From Bacteroidia bacterium (lineage in GTDB: Bacteria > Bacteroidota > Bacteroidia > Bacteroidales > VadinHA17): a stretch of DNA of 64,000 bases. Below, in pieces: positions 30,926 to 39,040 of this stretch (the stretch's first letter is position 1; each line of letters starts with the position of its first letter). The notes under the pieces were generated by a model. It was not told where the DNA came from and did not search any database. It saw only the letters and a program-made list of their open reading frames with translations. The position numbers were made by a program, and so were the translations under genes. The stretch is taken from contig JAPLEB010000124.1 of NCBI GenBank assembly GCA_026391555.1, forward strand, positions 66,268-130,267, in the 5' to 3' direction.

Positions 30926-31052
30926 TTATTTGGCATCATTGATGGATAGGATGTTCTCTGGCAATTTGAACGGATGGGCACTTTTTGAATAGTTTTATTT
31001 TGTATAAAGAATCGGTTAGCAAATAGTTACAAATATTGAACTCATAACAAAC

Positions 31053-32663
31053 ATGAATAAATTAATAACCTCACTCGGTATTGCAGCTCAGGTCGGACTA
31101 ACCATTGGTCCACTTGCAGCCCAGGATAAAAAGATGAATATTCTGTTTATTGCAGTCGATGATCTGAAACCCATTCTAGGCTGTTATGGCGATAAGCTCG
31201 TAAAAACTCCTAACATCGACAGGTTGGCGAAAAGAGGCACGATCTTCATGCAGAATTACTGCCAGCAGGCTGTCTCCGGACCAACCCGTGCAAGCCTGAT
31301 GACAGGTATGCGTCCCGATCATACCGGAGTATGGGATCTGAAAACACTTATGCGCGATGTAAATCCGGGCATCCTTAGCCTGCCTCAATTTTTTGTCAGT
31401 CAGGGTTATTCAACCCAGGGAATTGGTAAAGTTTATGATCCACGGTGTGTCGATAAAGACCTGGATGGTCCTTCGTGGAGTGTTCCATATTACAGAAATT
31501 CAGATAAGTATATTTCCAAAATAACAGGTAAGCCGGAAGGTAATTATCAGCTTTCTGAAACAAAAGAGCTCTTCAGAAAATACAGGGCAGAGGGGCAGGC
31601 TAAAGGGTTAAAAGGAACTGAACTGACTGATTATATAGCAAAATTAATAAAACCCTCAGTTGAATGTGCCGATGTTCCTGACAATGCATATAATGACGGT
31701 GCAAATGCATTGAATGCCAAAGAAATACTGACACAGTTATCAAAAGAGAATAAGCCATTCTTCTTTGCTGTTGGATTCTCCAAACCTCACCTGCCTTTTG
31801 TTGCTCCAAAAAAATACTGGGATATGTATAAACGCGATGAAATGCCTCTGCCTCCATTTCAGCAACAGGCAAAGAATAGTCCGGGCCTTGCTTATCATAA
31901 TGCTGCTGAATTATATGCATATTCAGATATTCCGCCGATTTCTTCTTTCTCTGATCAGAAAGTCGGGCTGGATATGCCGGTAGAAAAACAGAAAGAGCTG
32001 ATTCACGGATATTATGCCGCAACATCATACACCGATGCCCAGGTTGGAATCCTTTTAAATACTCTTGATTCACTTGGACTTACAGAAAATACAATTATTG
32101 TACTTTGGGGCGACCATGGCTGGCATCTCGGTGACCATAACCTGTGGTGCAAACATACCAATTTCGAACAGGCAACAAAAGCGCCGCTTCTTATTTCAGC
32201 GCCATGGATAAAACCATCAAAAACCAATTCACCTTCTGAGTTTATCGATATTTTCCCAACACTTTGTGATCTGGCGGGTGTAAATGTTCCTGCACATCTT
32301 GATGGGAAAAGCCTGGTTCCTGTTATGAAAGATCCGGAAAAATCAGTAAAAGAGTTTTCAGTCAGCCAGTATCCAAGGACAAGTAATGTTCTTGATTCAG
32401 AAAGGCTGGGTTGGTCTGATGGTCAATATATGGGTTATTCTATCAGAACTGCCAGGTATCGTTATACATTATGGATGAAAAATAGTTTCAGAAGCACAAG
32501 TCCTTTTAATAAAGAGCTTATTGAAGCCGGTGAATTGTATGATTATAACAAAGATCCCAATGAAACAATCAATGTTGCCGGAGAAAAGGAATACTCGAAG
32601 GTTCTGATGGATATGAATGAAAAAATATTAAGGTTTCTTGAAACCCAGGTTAAAAAGAATTAG
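31053..32663 (+). CDS. S1 sulfatase, iduronate-2-sulfatase-like, Ser-type (paralog of 20431-21960)
   Basis: The N-terminus MNKLITSLGI is identical to the 20431 protein. The motif is CQQAVSGPTRASLMTGMRPD, followed by WGDHGWHLGDHN. Confidence 0.9.
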   Translation: MNKLITSLGIAAQVGLTIGPLAAQDKKMNILFIAVDDLKPILGCYGDKLVKTPNIDRLAKRGTIFMQNYCQQAVSGPTRASLMTGMRPDHTGVWDLKTLMRDVNPGILSLPQFFVSQGYSTQGIGKVYDPRCVDKDLDGPSWSVPYYRNSDKYISKITGKPEGNYQLSETKELFRKYRAEGQAKGLKGTELTDYIAKLIKPSVECADVPDNAYNDGANALNAKEILTQLSKENKPFFFAVGFSKPHLPFVAPKKYWDMYKRDEMPLPPFQQQAKNSPGLAYHNAAELYAYSDIPPISSFSDQKVGLDMPVEKQKELIHGYYAATSYTDAQVGILLNTLDSLGLTENTIIVLWGDHGWHLGDHNLWCKHTNFEQATKAPLLISAPWIKPSKTNSPSEFIDIFPTLCDLAGVNVPAHLDGKSLVPVMKDPEKSVKEFSVSQYPRTSNVLDSERLGWSDGQYMGYSIRTARYRYTLWMKNSFRSTSPFNKELIEAGELYDYNKDPNETINVAGEKEYSKVLMDMNEKILRFLETQVKKN

Positions 32664-32698
32664 AAATTGAAAGAACCATAATATTACAGGTTAATAAA

Positions 32699-33808
32699 AT
32701 GATAAATTATATACGTGCAGCTAAGATTCTTTTATTGACAATATTTTTTGTTTCAGGTTCATCATTCTCATATTCACAGGTGATACTTGAGGCCGACGGA
32801 CCTGGTAATACCTATGAGTTAATTAATAGTGTTCTGGCTCCCGGATATGATGTAGTCGAAAATCCGGAATGTATTCATCCTGAATTTGGAAGGCATATTG
32901 CTGAAGTATGGGATGCTGACCTGAATCAATATGTATTTGAATTCTATATACATGTCACACCTGACAACGACAGGTGCATTATGTTCGACAGACAACGGAT
33001 GGAGATAAAAACATACGATAAGTCACCTGAAAATCTGAAAGGAGTAACAGGTGAAACGGTAGTCTATAAATGGAAATTCAGGCTTCCGGCCGGTTTTCAG
33101 CCTTCATCCAGCTTTACGCATATTCACCAGATAAAGGCAGTGGGTGGCAATGACAGCGACCCGATTTTCACCTTAACTCCAAGAAAAGGAACAACTAATA
33201 AACTGGAACTTATTCATAATAACCTCACTAAACCTGTAATTGTAGATCTCGCCCCGTTTCTCGGAACCTGGGTTGAGGCAACGGAAAGAATTAAAATCGA
33301 CAGCCTCCATGGTACATATTCAATTGTCATTAATAGGGTAAGCGACGGTATAACTTTGCTATCATATAGTAATAATAACTTAATGACTATCAGATCCGAT
33401 AATGTTTTCATCAGACCAAAATGGGGAATTTACCGTAGCTTAAATAACCCTTCAGACCTTCGCGATGAAGCAGTTCGCTTTGCGGGATTTTTCATTTCAG
33501 AAGAGACCCTTACTGCTGATATATTGATTCCTGACCAGGAAAAGATTCTTGTCAGTTTGTTTCCAAATCCATCATCAGGGAAAGTCTTTATTGAATACAG
33601 CATTAAGGGAAAGGCAGATGTAAACATAGAACTGCTAAATCTGAAAGGGGAAAAGATAAAAACACTTTTAACACACGAAATTCCTCAGCCGGGTAAAAAT
33701 CAGAAAACCTTTGATATTTCTGATATAAAAACCGGGTTATATTTTGTTCGATTCAATTCCGGAAAATTCACCAGAACAATTAAACTATGTGTTGAAAATA
33801 AGAAATAG
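32699..33808 (+). CDS. Jelly-roll protein resembling heparin-lyase-I/glucuronan-lyase-type polysaccharide lyases, with T9SS sorting domain
   Basis: Has a signal peptide. The pattern DRQRMEIKTY...GETVVYKWKFRLP...SSSFTHIHQIKAVGG...PIFTLT recalls the PF14099-type lyase fold. The C-terminus is LFPNPSSGKVFIEY...GLYFVRFNSGKFTRTIKL. The family call is tentative. Confidence 0.5.
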   Translation: MINYIRAAKILLLTIFFVSGSSFSYSQVILEADGPGNTYELINSVLAPGYDVVENPECIHPEFGRHIAEVWDADLNQYVFEFYIHVTPDNDRCIMFDRQRMEIKTYDKSPENLKGVTGETVVYKWKFRLPAGFQPSSSFTHIHQIKAVGGNDSDPIFTLTPRKGTTNKLELIHNNLTKPVIVDLAPFLGTWVEATERIKIDSLHGTYSIVINRVSDGITLLSYSNNNLMTIRSDNVFIRPKWGIYRSLNNPSDLRDEAVRFAGFFISEETLTADILIPDQEKILVSLFPNPSSGKVFIEYSIKGKADVNIELLNLKGEKIKTLLTHEIPQPGKNQKTFDISDIKTGLYFVRFNSGKFTRTIKLCVENKK

Positions 33809-33866
33809 TTAACTTTAAAAAGCTGGATTGTAATTAATTAAATACACTTAATTTAAAAAATGTGAT

Positions 33867-35216
33867 ATGAAAATTTTTGAAAACATCTTTAGAAATGGCT
33901 CTGTAAAATCAATAGGTATGATGACCTTACCAGTTATCGGAGCCTTGATGAACCCTTCAAGTGCTGAAGCACAGCAAGGTCAGAAAAGGAAACCCAATAT
34001 TATTTTCATCCTTGCCGATGATTTAGGTATTGGTGATGTTGGTTGTTATGGTGCCGACAATTACAAGACACCCAATATCGACAGACTGGCAAGCCAGGGA
34101 ATCCGTTTTACAAATGCTTATACAGCGCCATTATCCGGCCCATCCCGTGCGACTATTCTTACGGGACGCCATCTGTTCCGCACCGGAGCCACCAACCAGG
34201 ATGCGTGCGGACTATTAAAACCTTCGGTGGAAACAATGATGCCAACTTACCTGAAACAGGCAGGTTATGTAACTACAGCCATAGGAAAATGGGGGCAACT
34301 TTCTCTTGAACCATCCGATTGGGGATTTGATGATTATCTGAAATTTCAGGGCAGTGGAGTTTATTGGAATACCCAGGAAAAGGGCAAAACTTACACTGTT
34401 AACGGAGTCATGACGGAATTGAAAGATAAAGAATACTTGCCCGATGTAATGCACAAGCGCCTGGTTGAATTTATGACTCAAAACAAGAATAAACCATTTT
34501 ACGCGTATTATTCTTTGTCACACGTTCATGGCGAAATTCTGCCAACGCCCGACAGTAAGGCTGACAGTAAAAACCTGTATAACGACAATATTTCCTATAT
34601 GGACAAGCTTGTTGGTCAATTAGTTTCTGAGCTTGAGAGATTAAAACTGAGTGATAATACAATACTCGTTTTCTTTGGCGATAATGGAACCGCTGCAGGC
34701 AAAGCTGACGCTGCAACAATTGGTGGACGAAGACTTATCGGTCAGAAGGGTTCGATGCTCGAAGGCGGAAGTCTTGAACCTCTGATTGTCTATTGGCCGG
34801 GTGTTACTCCCAAAGGCAAAGTTTCAAATGATTTGATCAGTGCAACCGATTTTGTCCCGACATTTGCAGAAATTGCCGGAGCTCAGCTTACTAAAGATAA
34901 AATTCTTGATGGCCAGAGCTTTAATGCTCAGCTTCATGACGAAAAAGGAAATCCACGATCATCGATTTTTGTTCAGCTTGCCAACAACTGGTATGTAAGG
35001 AGTTCGGAATATAAATTGAATCAATCCGGAGAATTATTTGATATGAGCAAAGCGCCTTTCGAAGAAATTTCTGTTCCTGCTGAAACTAAAAACCCAAATG
35101 CTATCGCTGCCCGCAAAAGTCTGCAGACTGAACTCGACAGGCTGAATCCTGCAGGAGGTTTTAAGGATACTGGCGATGGGAGTGGTCGTCATGCCAATAA
35201 GATTAAGAAAAAATAA
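33867..35216 (+). CDS. S1 sulfatase, Ser-type active site
   Basis: NIIFILADDLGIGD, the motif PLSGPSRATILTGRH, and FFGDNG. A signal-like segment lies near the N-terminus, so the true start may be an internal Met. Confidence 0.88.
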   Translation: MKIFENIFRNGSVKSIGMMTLPVIGALMNPSSAEAQQGQKRKPNIIFILADDLGIGDVGCYGADNYKTPNIDRLASQGIRFTNAYTAPLSGPSRATILTGRHLFRTGATNQDACGLLKPSVETMMPTYLKQAGYVTTAIGKWGQLSLEPSDWGFDDYLKFQGSGVYWNTQEKGKTYTVNGVMTELKDKEYLPDVMHKRLVEFMTQNKNKPFYAYYSLSHVHGEILPTPDSKADSKNLYNDNISYMDKLVGQLVSELERLKLSDNTILVFFGDNGTAAGKADAATIGGRRLIGQKGSMLEGGSLEPLIVYWPGVTPKGKVSNDLISATDFVPTFAEIAGAQLTKDKILDGQSFNAQLHDEKGNPRSSIFVQLANNWYVRSSEYKLNQSGELFDMSKAPFEEISVPAETKNPNAIAARKSLQTELDRLNPAGGFKDTGDGSGRHANKIKKK

Positions 35217-35220
35217 AAAC

Positions 35221-36618
35221 ATGAAAAATAATCAAACCAGAAGAAATTTCATAAAGCAATCAGCAATCACTACTGTTGGTCTTGCTGCCGGTTTAAAGGC
35301 TATTAGCGTATCGCAAAATGGAAGGATATCAGGTGCCAATGACAGAATACGGGTGGGTTTTATCGGAACCGGGAACAGAGGTTCACAGCTTTTAGAACTG
35401 TTCATGCAAAACAAAGACGTTGAGATCGCAGCACTGTGCGATGTTTACGAGCCTTATTTATTGCGTGACCGTAGCAAGGTTGACCCCCGCTATTTAGCTG
35501 ACAGAGCAGGGCAAATACCCCAGATGGGTGAAAAATTTCCTGCAAAACCTGCTCTCTACAACGATTATCGAAAGCTGTTGGAAGACAAGAGTATTGATGC
35601 GGTGTGTATTGCTTCACCAGACCACTGGCATGCCATTCAAATGATTGAGGCTGTCAAAGCAGGTAAGGATGTTTATGTTGAAAAACCATTAACCCAGACT
35701 ATAAAGGAAGGCAGGACAATGGTTAATGTATGGAAGGCCAGTAACCGTGTTGTCGCGGTTGGTCTCAACCGCAGGGGAAATGAAGTTTATCAGAAGCTTG
35801 CCAAAGAGATTCCTGCAGGGAAAATTGGTCAGGTAACAGTTGCCCGTGCTGCCCGTGTCAGTAATATGTTTCCCAACGGCATCGGAAAACTGAAAGCTGA
35901 ACAACCACCTAAAGATTTTAACTGGGATATGTGGCTTGGTCCAAGGGGTTACCGTCCTTATCAATATAATATTGCACCTTACATGTTCCGATGGTGGGGC
36001 GATTATTCCAGCCAGATGGGAAATTGGGGCGTTCATTACATGGATGCCATCCGCTGGATGATGGGAGAAGTTGCTCCGGTGGCTATTACTGCACATGGCG
36101 GAAAATATGTCCTGGACCATGACGGCGACATAGCTGACACTATGCATGTAACTTTCGAATTTGCATCAAAGAAAATAATCTCATTTAGCATTTTTGAAGC
36201 AAGCAGCGGAGACATTCTGCCTTTTGGTGAAATTGAGCTCCGCGGAACAAAGGGAAACCTTTATGCCAGTCAGGATGGCTATCGAGTAATACCGGCAAAA
36301 AAAGGCCAGTTCCAAAATTGGAATCAAATGATTGAAGGTGAGGAGTTTAATATTCCGACCCAGGATTTGAAAGATGGAAGCAATGCTTTTGCGACTGCTA
36401 ACCTCATACGTAACTTTCTCGATTGTATAAAGACAAGGGAAATACCGTTGTGTCCTTTGGAGGAAGGCCATCGTTCAACAAGTTTTGCCCATCTTGCCAA
36501 TATTGCACTTGCAACCCATGAACGCCTTCAGTGGGATCCGGGAAATGAAGTATTCACAAATTCCAATGAAGCCAATAAGCTTTTACATTACGAGTACCGT
36601 AAACCCTGGAAGTTATAA
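35221..36618 (+). CDS. Gfo/Idh/MocA-family oxidoreductase with twin-arginine signal
   Basis: Start taken at ATG 35221 (MKNNQTRRNFIKQSAITTVGLAAG). Rossmann motif VGFIGTGNRG and EKP motif VYVEKPL. It begins 4 nt after the sulfatase stop. Confidence 0.85.
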   Translation: MKNNQTRRNFIKQSAITTVGLAAGLKAISVSQNGRISGANDRIRVGFIGTGNRGSQLLELFMQNKDVEIAALCDVYEPYLLRDRSKVDPRYLADRAGQIPQMGEKFPAKPALYNDYRKLLEDKSIDAVCIASPDHWHAIQMIEAVKAGKDVYVEKPLTQTIKEGRTMVNVWKASNRVVAVGLNRRGNEVYQKLAKEIPAGKIGQVTVARAARVSNMFPNGIGKLKAEQPPKDFNWDMWLGPRGYRPYQYNIAPYMFRWWGDYSSQMGNWGVHYMDAIRWMMGEVAPVAITAHGGKYVLDHDGDIADTMHVTFEFASKKIISFSIFEASSGDILPFGEIELRGTKGNLYASQDGYRVIPAKKGQFQNWNQMIEGEEFNIPTQDLKDGSNAFATANLIRNFLDCIKTREIPLCPLEEGHRSTSFAHLANIALATHERLQWDPGNEVFTNSNEANKLLHYEYRKPWKL

Positions 36619-36641
36619 GCAGTGAAAATTATTCTGAGAAT

Positions 36642-37598
36642 ATGCAACGACGTAATTTTATCAAAACAACCGGCCTTTCGGTTGCCGGAATAAGTCTGGC
36701 AGGACCGGGATTAGCAAAATCTATTATGGCTGACAGAACATATAAAAGGCCCGTATGTGCTTTCACCAAATGCCTTCAGTTCCTGACCTTGGACCAGATG
36801 GGTGAAGTGATGGGCAGACTCGGCTTTGATGGTGCTGATGTGCCGGTAAGACCGGATGGACATATTGAACCGAAAAATGTAAAAGCTGACCTGCCTCAGG
36901 CAGTGAAAATTCTTAGTAAATACGGAGTTGAAATGCCTATGATAGTGACCGCTATCACCGATCCTTCTGAACCGTTTGCCCTTGATACTCTTCAGGCCGC
37001 CTCCGATTCAGGAATAAAGTATTACCGTACAGGAACTTATAAATACGATCTTTCCAGGTCCATTCAGCAAAACCTCGACGAACACAAAAAAACGATTGAA
37101 AAATTGGCTGCTCTGAACGAAAAATTGGGCATTCACGGGGGGTACCAGAACCACTCTGGAATGAATATAGGATCACCTGTTTGGGATTTATTTGAACTTA
37201 TGAAAGATGTTGATCCGCGTTATATGGGTATTCAGTATGATATCCGGCACGCAGTTACTGAAGCGGGCTATTCATGGAAACTGGGAATGAAGCGAATAGC
37301 TCCATGGATCAGAACAATCGACATTAAGGATTTTGTCTGGGGGAAGAATCCCAACGGTGAATGGCGTCATCAAAATGTGCCGCTGGGCGAAGGAATGGTC
37401 AATTTCGACGAATTCCTGAAAGAATATGCCAGTCTGAAAATTGAAGCTCCCATCAGCATCCATTACGAATATGATCTGGGTGGTGCCGAAAGTGGAAAAA
37501 AAGAAACGATCATGGATCATGAAAAAATTTATGGCCTGATGAAAAAAGACCTCGACTGGTTCCGTAAAAATCTGTTAAAAAATCAAATCGAAGCTTAA
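36642..37598 (+). CDS. Xylose-isomerase-like TIM-barrel (sugar phosphate isomerase/epimerase family) with twin-arginine signal
   Basis: N-terminus MQRRNFIKTTGLSVAGISLAG. The body has the AP-endonuclease-2/xylose-isomerase-like TIM pattern (GFDGADV, GGYQNHSG, QYDIRH, IHYEYD). Confidence 0.8.
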   Translation: MQRRNFIKTTGLSVAGISLAGPGLAKSIMADRTYKRPVCAFTKCLQFLTLDQMGEVMGRLGFDGADVPVRPDGHIEPKNVKADLPQAVKILSKYGVEMPMIVTAITDPSEPFALDTLQAASDSGIKYYRTGTYKYDLSRSIQQNLDEHKKTIEKLAALNEKLGIHGGYQNHSGMNIGSPVWDLFELMKDVDPRYMGIQYDIRHAVTEAGYSWKLGMKRIAPWIRTIDIKDFVWGKNPNGEWRHQNVPLGEGMVNFDEFLKEYASLKIEAPISIHYEYDLGGAESGKKETIMDHEKIYGLMKKDLDWFRKNLLKNQIEA

Positions 37599-38999
37599 AT
37601 GAAAAATCCGGTAACAAGAAGAGAATTCCTTAGAACTACTGGAGTTGCAGGTGTTGCAACATTGGCCGGAGCTCACCTGATAGGCTCTTCGGCTGTAAAC
37701 GAAACAAAAAAAAAAATTACAATTACCGAAGTCAGTTCCAATTTTGAAAGAGAGCCGCTTATCAGGCCTTTTGGATTTAAAGGAGGGTACATGACTGAAA
37801 TCTGGCAAACGGTAAATTATCTTAAAAGCAGTTCAGGAGAACATAAGATTGGCCTTTGCACTCAGAATGTGCTTTGGTCAGATGCTCAGGTTTTTGCTGC
37901 CCACTCAGAAAGTGGTGGTAATGCCGTGATGTTTGCACTTACAGAGAGAGCTCTCCAGATTGTCAAAGGGCAAAGTTTTGGTACACCAGTTGAATTGCTT
38001 GACAATATATTGCCTGAAGTATATGAATTTGGTAAAAAAATTACTTCAAGAGCTGATCTCAGAAAGACATTCGCGTTAAATGCACTTGTCGGAATCGATA
38101 ATGCTGCATGGTTACTATATGCTAAAGAAAACGGGTTAAGCACTTTCGATGAAATGATACCACCGGAATACAAACCGGCACTTTCGAACCATCACGATAA
38201 GGTTGCTGCAATTCCATTAATGGCCTACAATATTCCAATCGATGAAATAGAAGCAGCCGTTAATCAGGGATACTTCTTTATGAAAATAAAAATTGGTCAG
38301 CCTGGAACACAGGAAGAGATGCTGGAAAAAGACAAAGCTCGTCTCTCAGCAATCCACCAGGCAATCGGCAATATACGAACCCCTCACACCAAAGACGGCA
38401 GATTACCTTACTATTTCGATGCCAATGGCAGGTATGAGAAAAAAGAATCACTTTTAAAACTTCTTGATCACGCCAGGAAGATTGGAGCATTTGAACAGAT
38501 AGCAATAATCGAAGAACCATTTGCGGAAGAACCGGAGATCGACGTTTCAGATATCCCTGTAAGGCTGGCTGCCGACGAAAGTGCTCATACTGATGCAGAT
38601 GCAATTAAACGGATACAAATGGGATACAAAGCCATCGCTCTGAAAGCGATAGCCAAGACATTAAGCATGACCATGAAAATTGCACAGGCTGCCTACGAAC
38701 GGAATATTCCATGTTTTTGTGCCGATCTGACAGTAAATCCGGTATTGGTTGAATGGAACAAAAATGTAGCTGCCCGCCTGAAATCACTTCCCGGTATGGG
38801 GAGTCTTGGACTGATGGAAAGCAACGGACATCAAAACTATAAGAACTGGAGTACCATGATGAGTTATCATCCACGCGGTGATGCGCCATGGGTAAAAGTA
38901 ATAAATGGTGTTTATGAACTGAATAGTGAATTCTATCGGACAGGCGGCGGAATATTTGATAAAATGCCGCATTACGAGGAAATGTTTTCATATAAATAA
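37599..38999 (+). CDS. Enolase-superfamily (mandelate racemase/muconate-lactonizing-enzyme-like) protein with twin-arginine signal
   Basis: N-terminus MKNPVTRREFLRTTGVAGVATLAGA. Candidate catalytic and metal residues are in MKIKIG, YFDANG, IIEEPF, AADES and ALKAIAK. The ATG directly abuts the previous TAA. Confidence 0.7.
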   Translation: MKNPVTRREFLRTTGVAGVATLAGAHLIGSSAVNETKKKITITEVSSNFEREPLIRPFGFKGGYMTEIWQTVNYLKSSSGEHKIGLCTQNVLWSDAQVFAAHSESGGNAVMFALTERALQIVKGQSFGTPVELLDNILPEVYEFGKKITSRADLRKTFALNALVGIDNAAWLLYAKENGLSTFDEMIPPEYKPALSNHHDKVAAIPLMAYNIPIDEIEAAVNQGYFFMKIKIGQPGTQEEMLEKDKARLSAIHQAIGNIRTPHTKDGRLPYYFDANGRYEKKESLLKLLDHARKIGAFEQIAIIEEPFAEEPEIDVSDIPVRLAADESAHTDADAIKRIQMGYKAIALKAIAKTLSMTMKIAQAAYERNIPCFCADLTVNPVLVEWNKNVAARLKSLPGMGSLGLMESNGHQNYKNWSTMMSYHPRGDAPWVKVINGVYELNSEFYRTGGGIFDKMPHYEEMFSYK

Positions 39000-39040
39000 A
39001 TTATTAGAATCGGTAATATTTTAAATATTAAAACTGTAAT

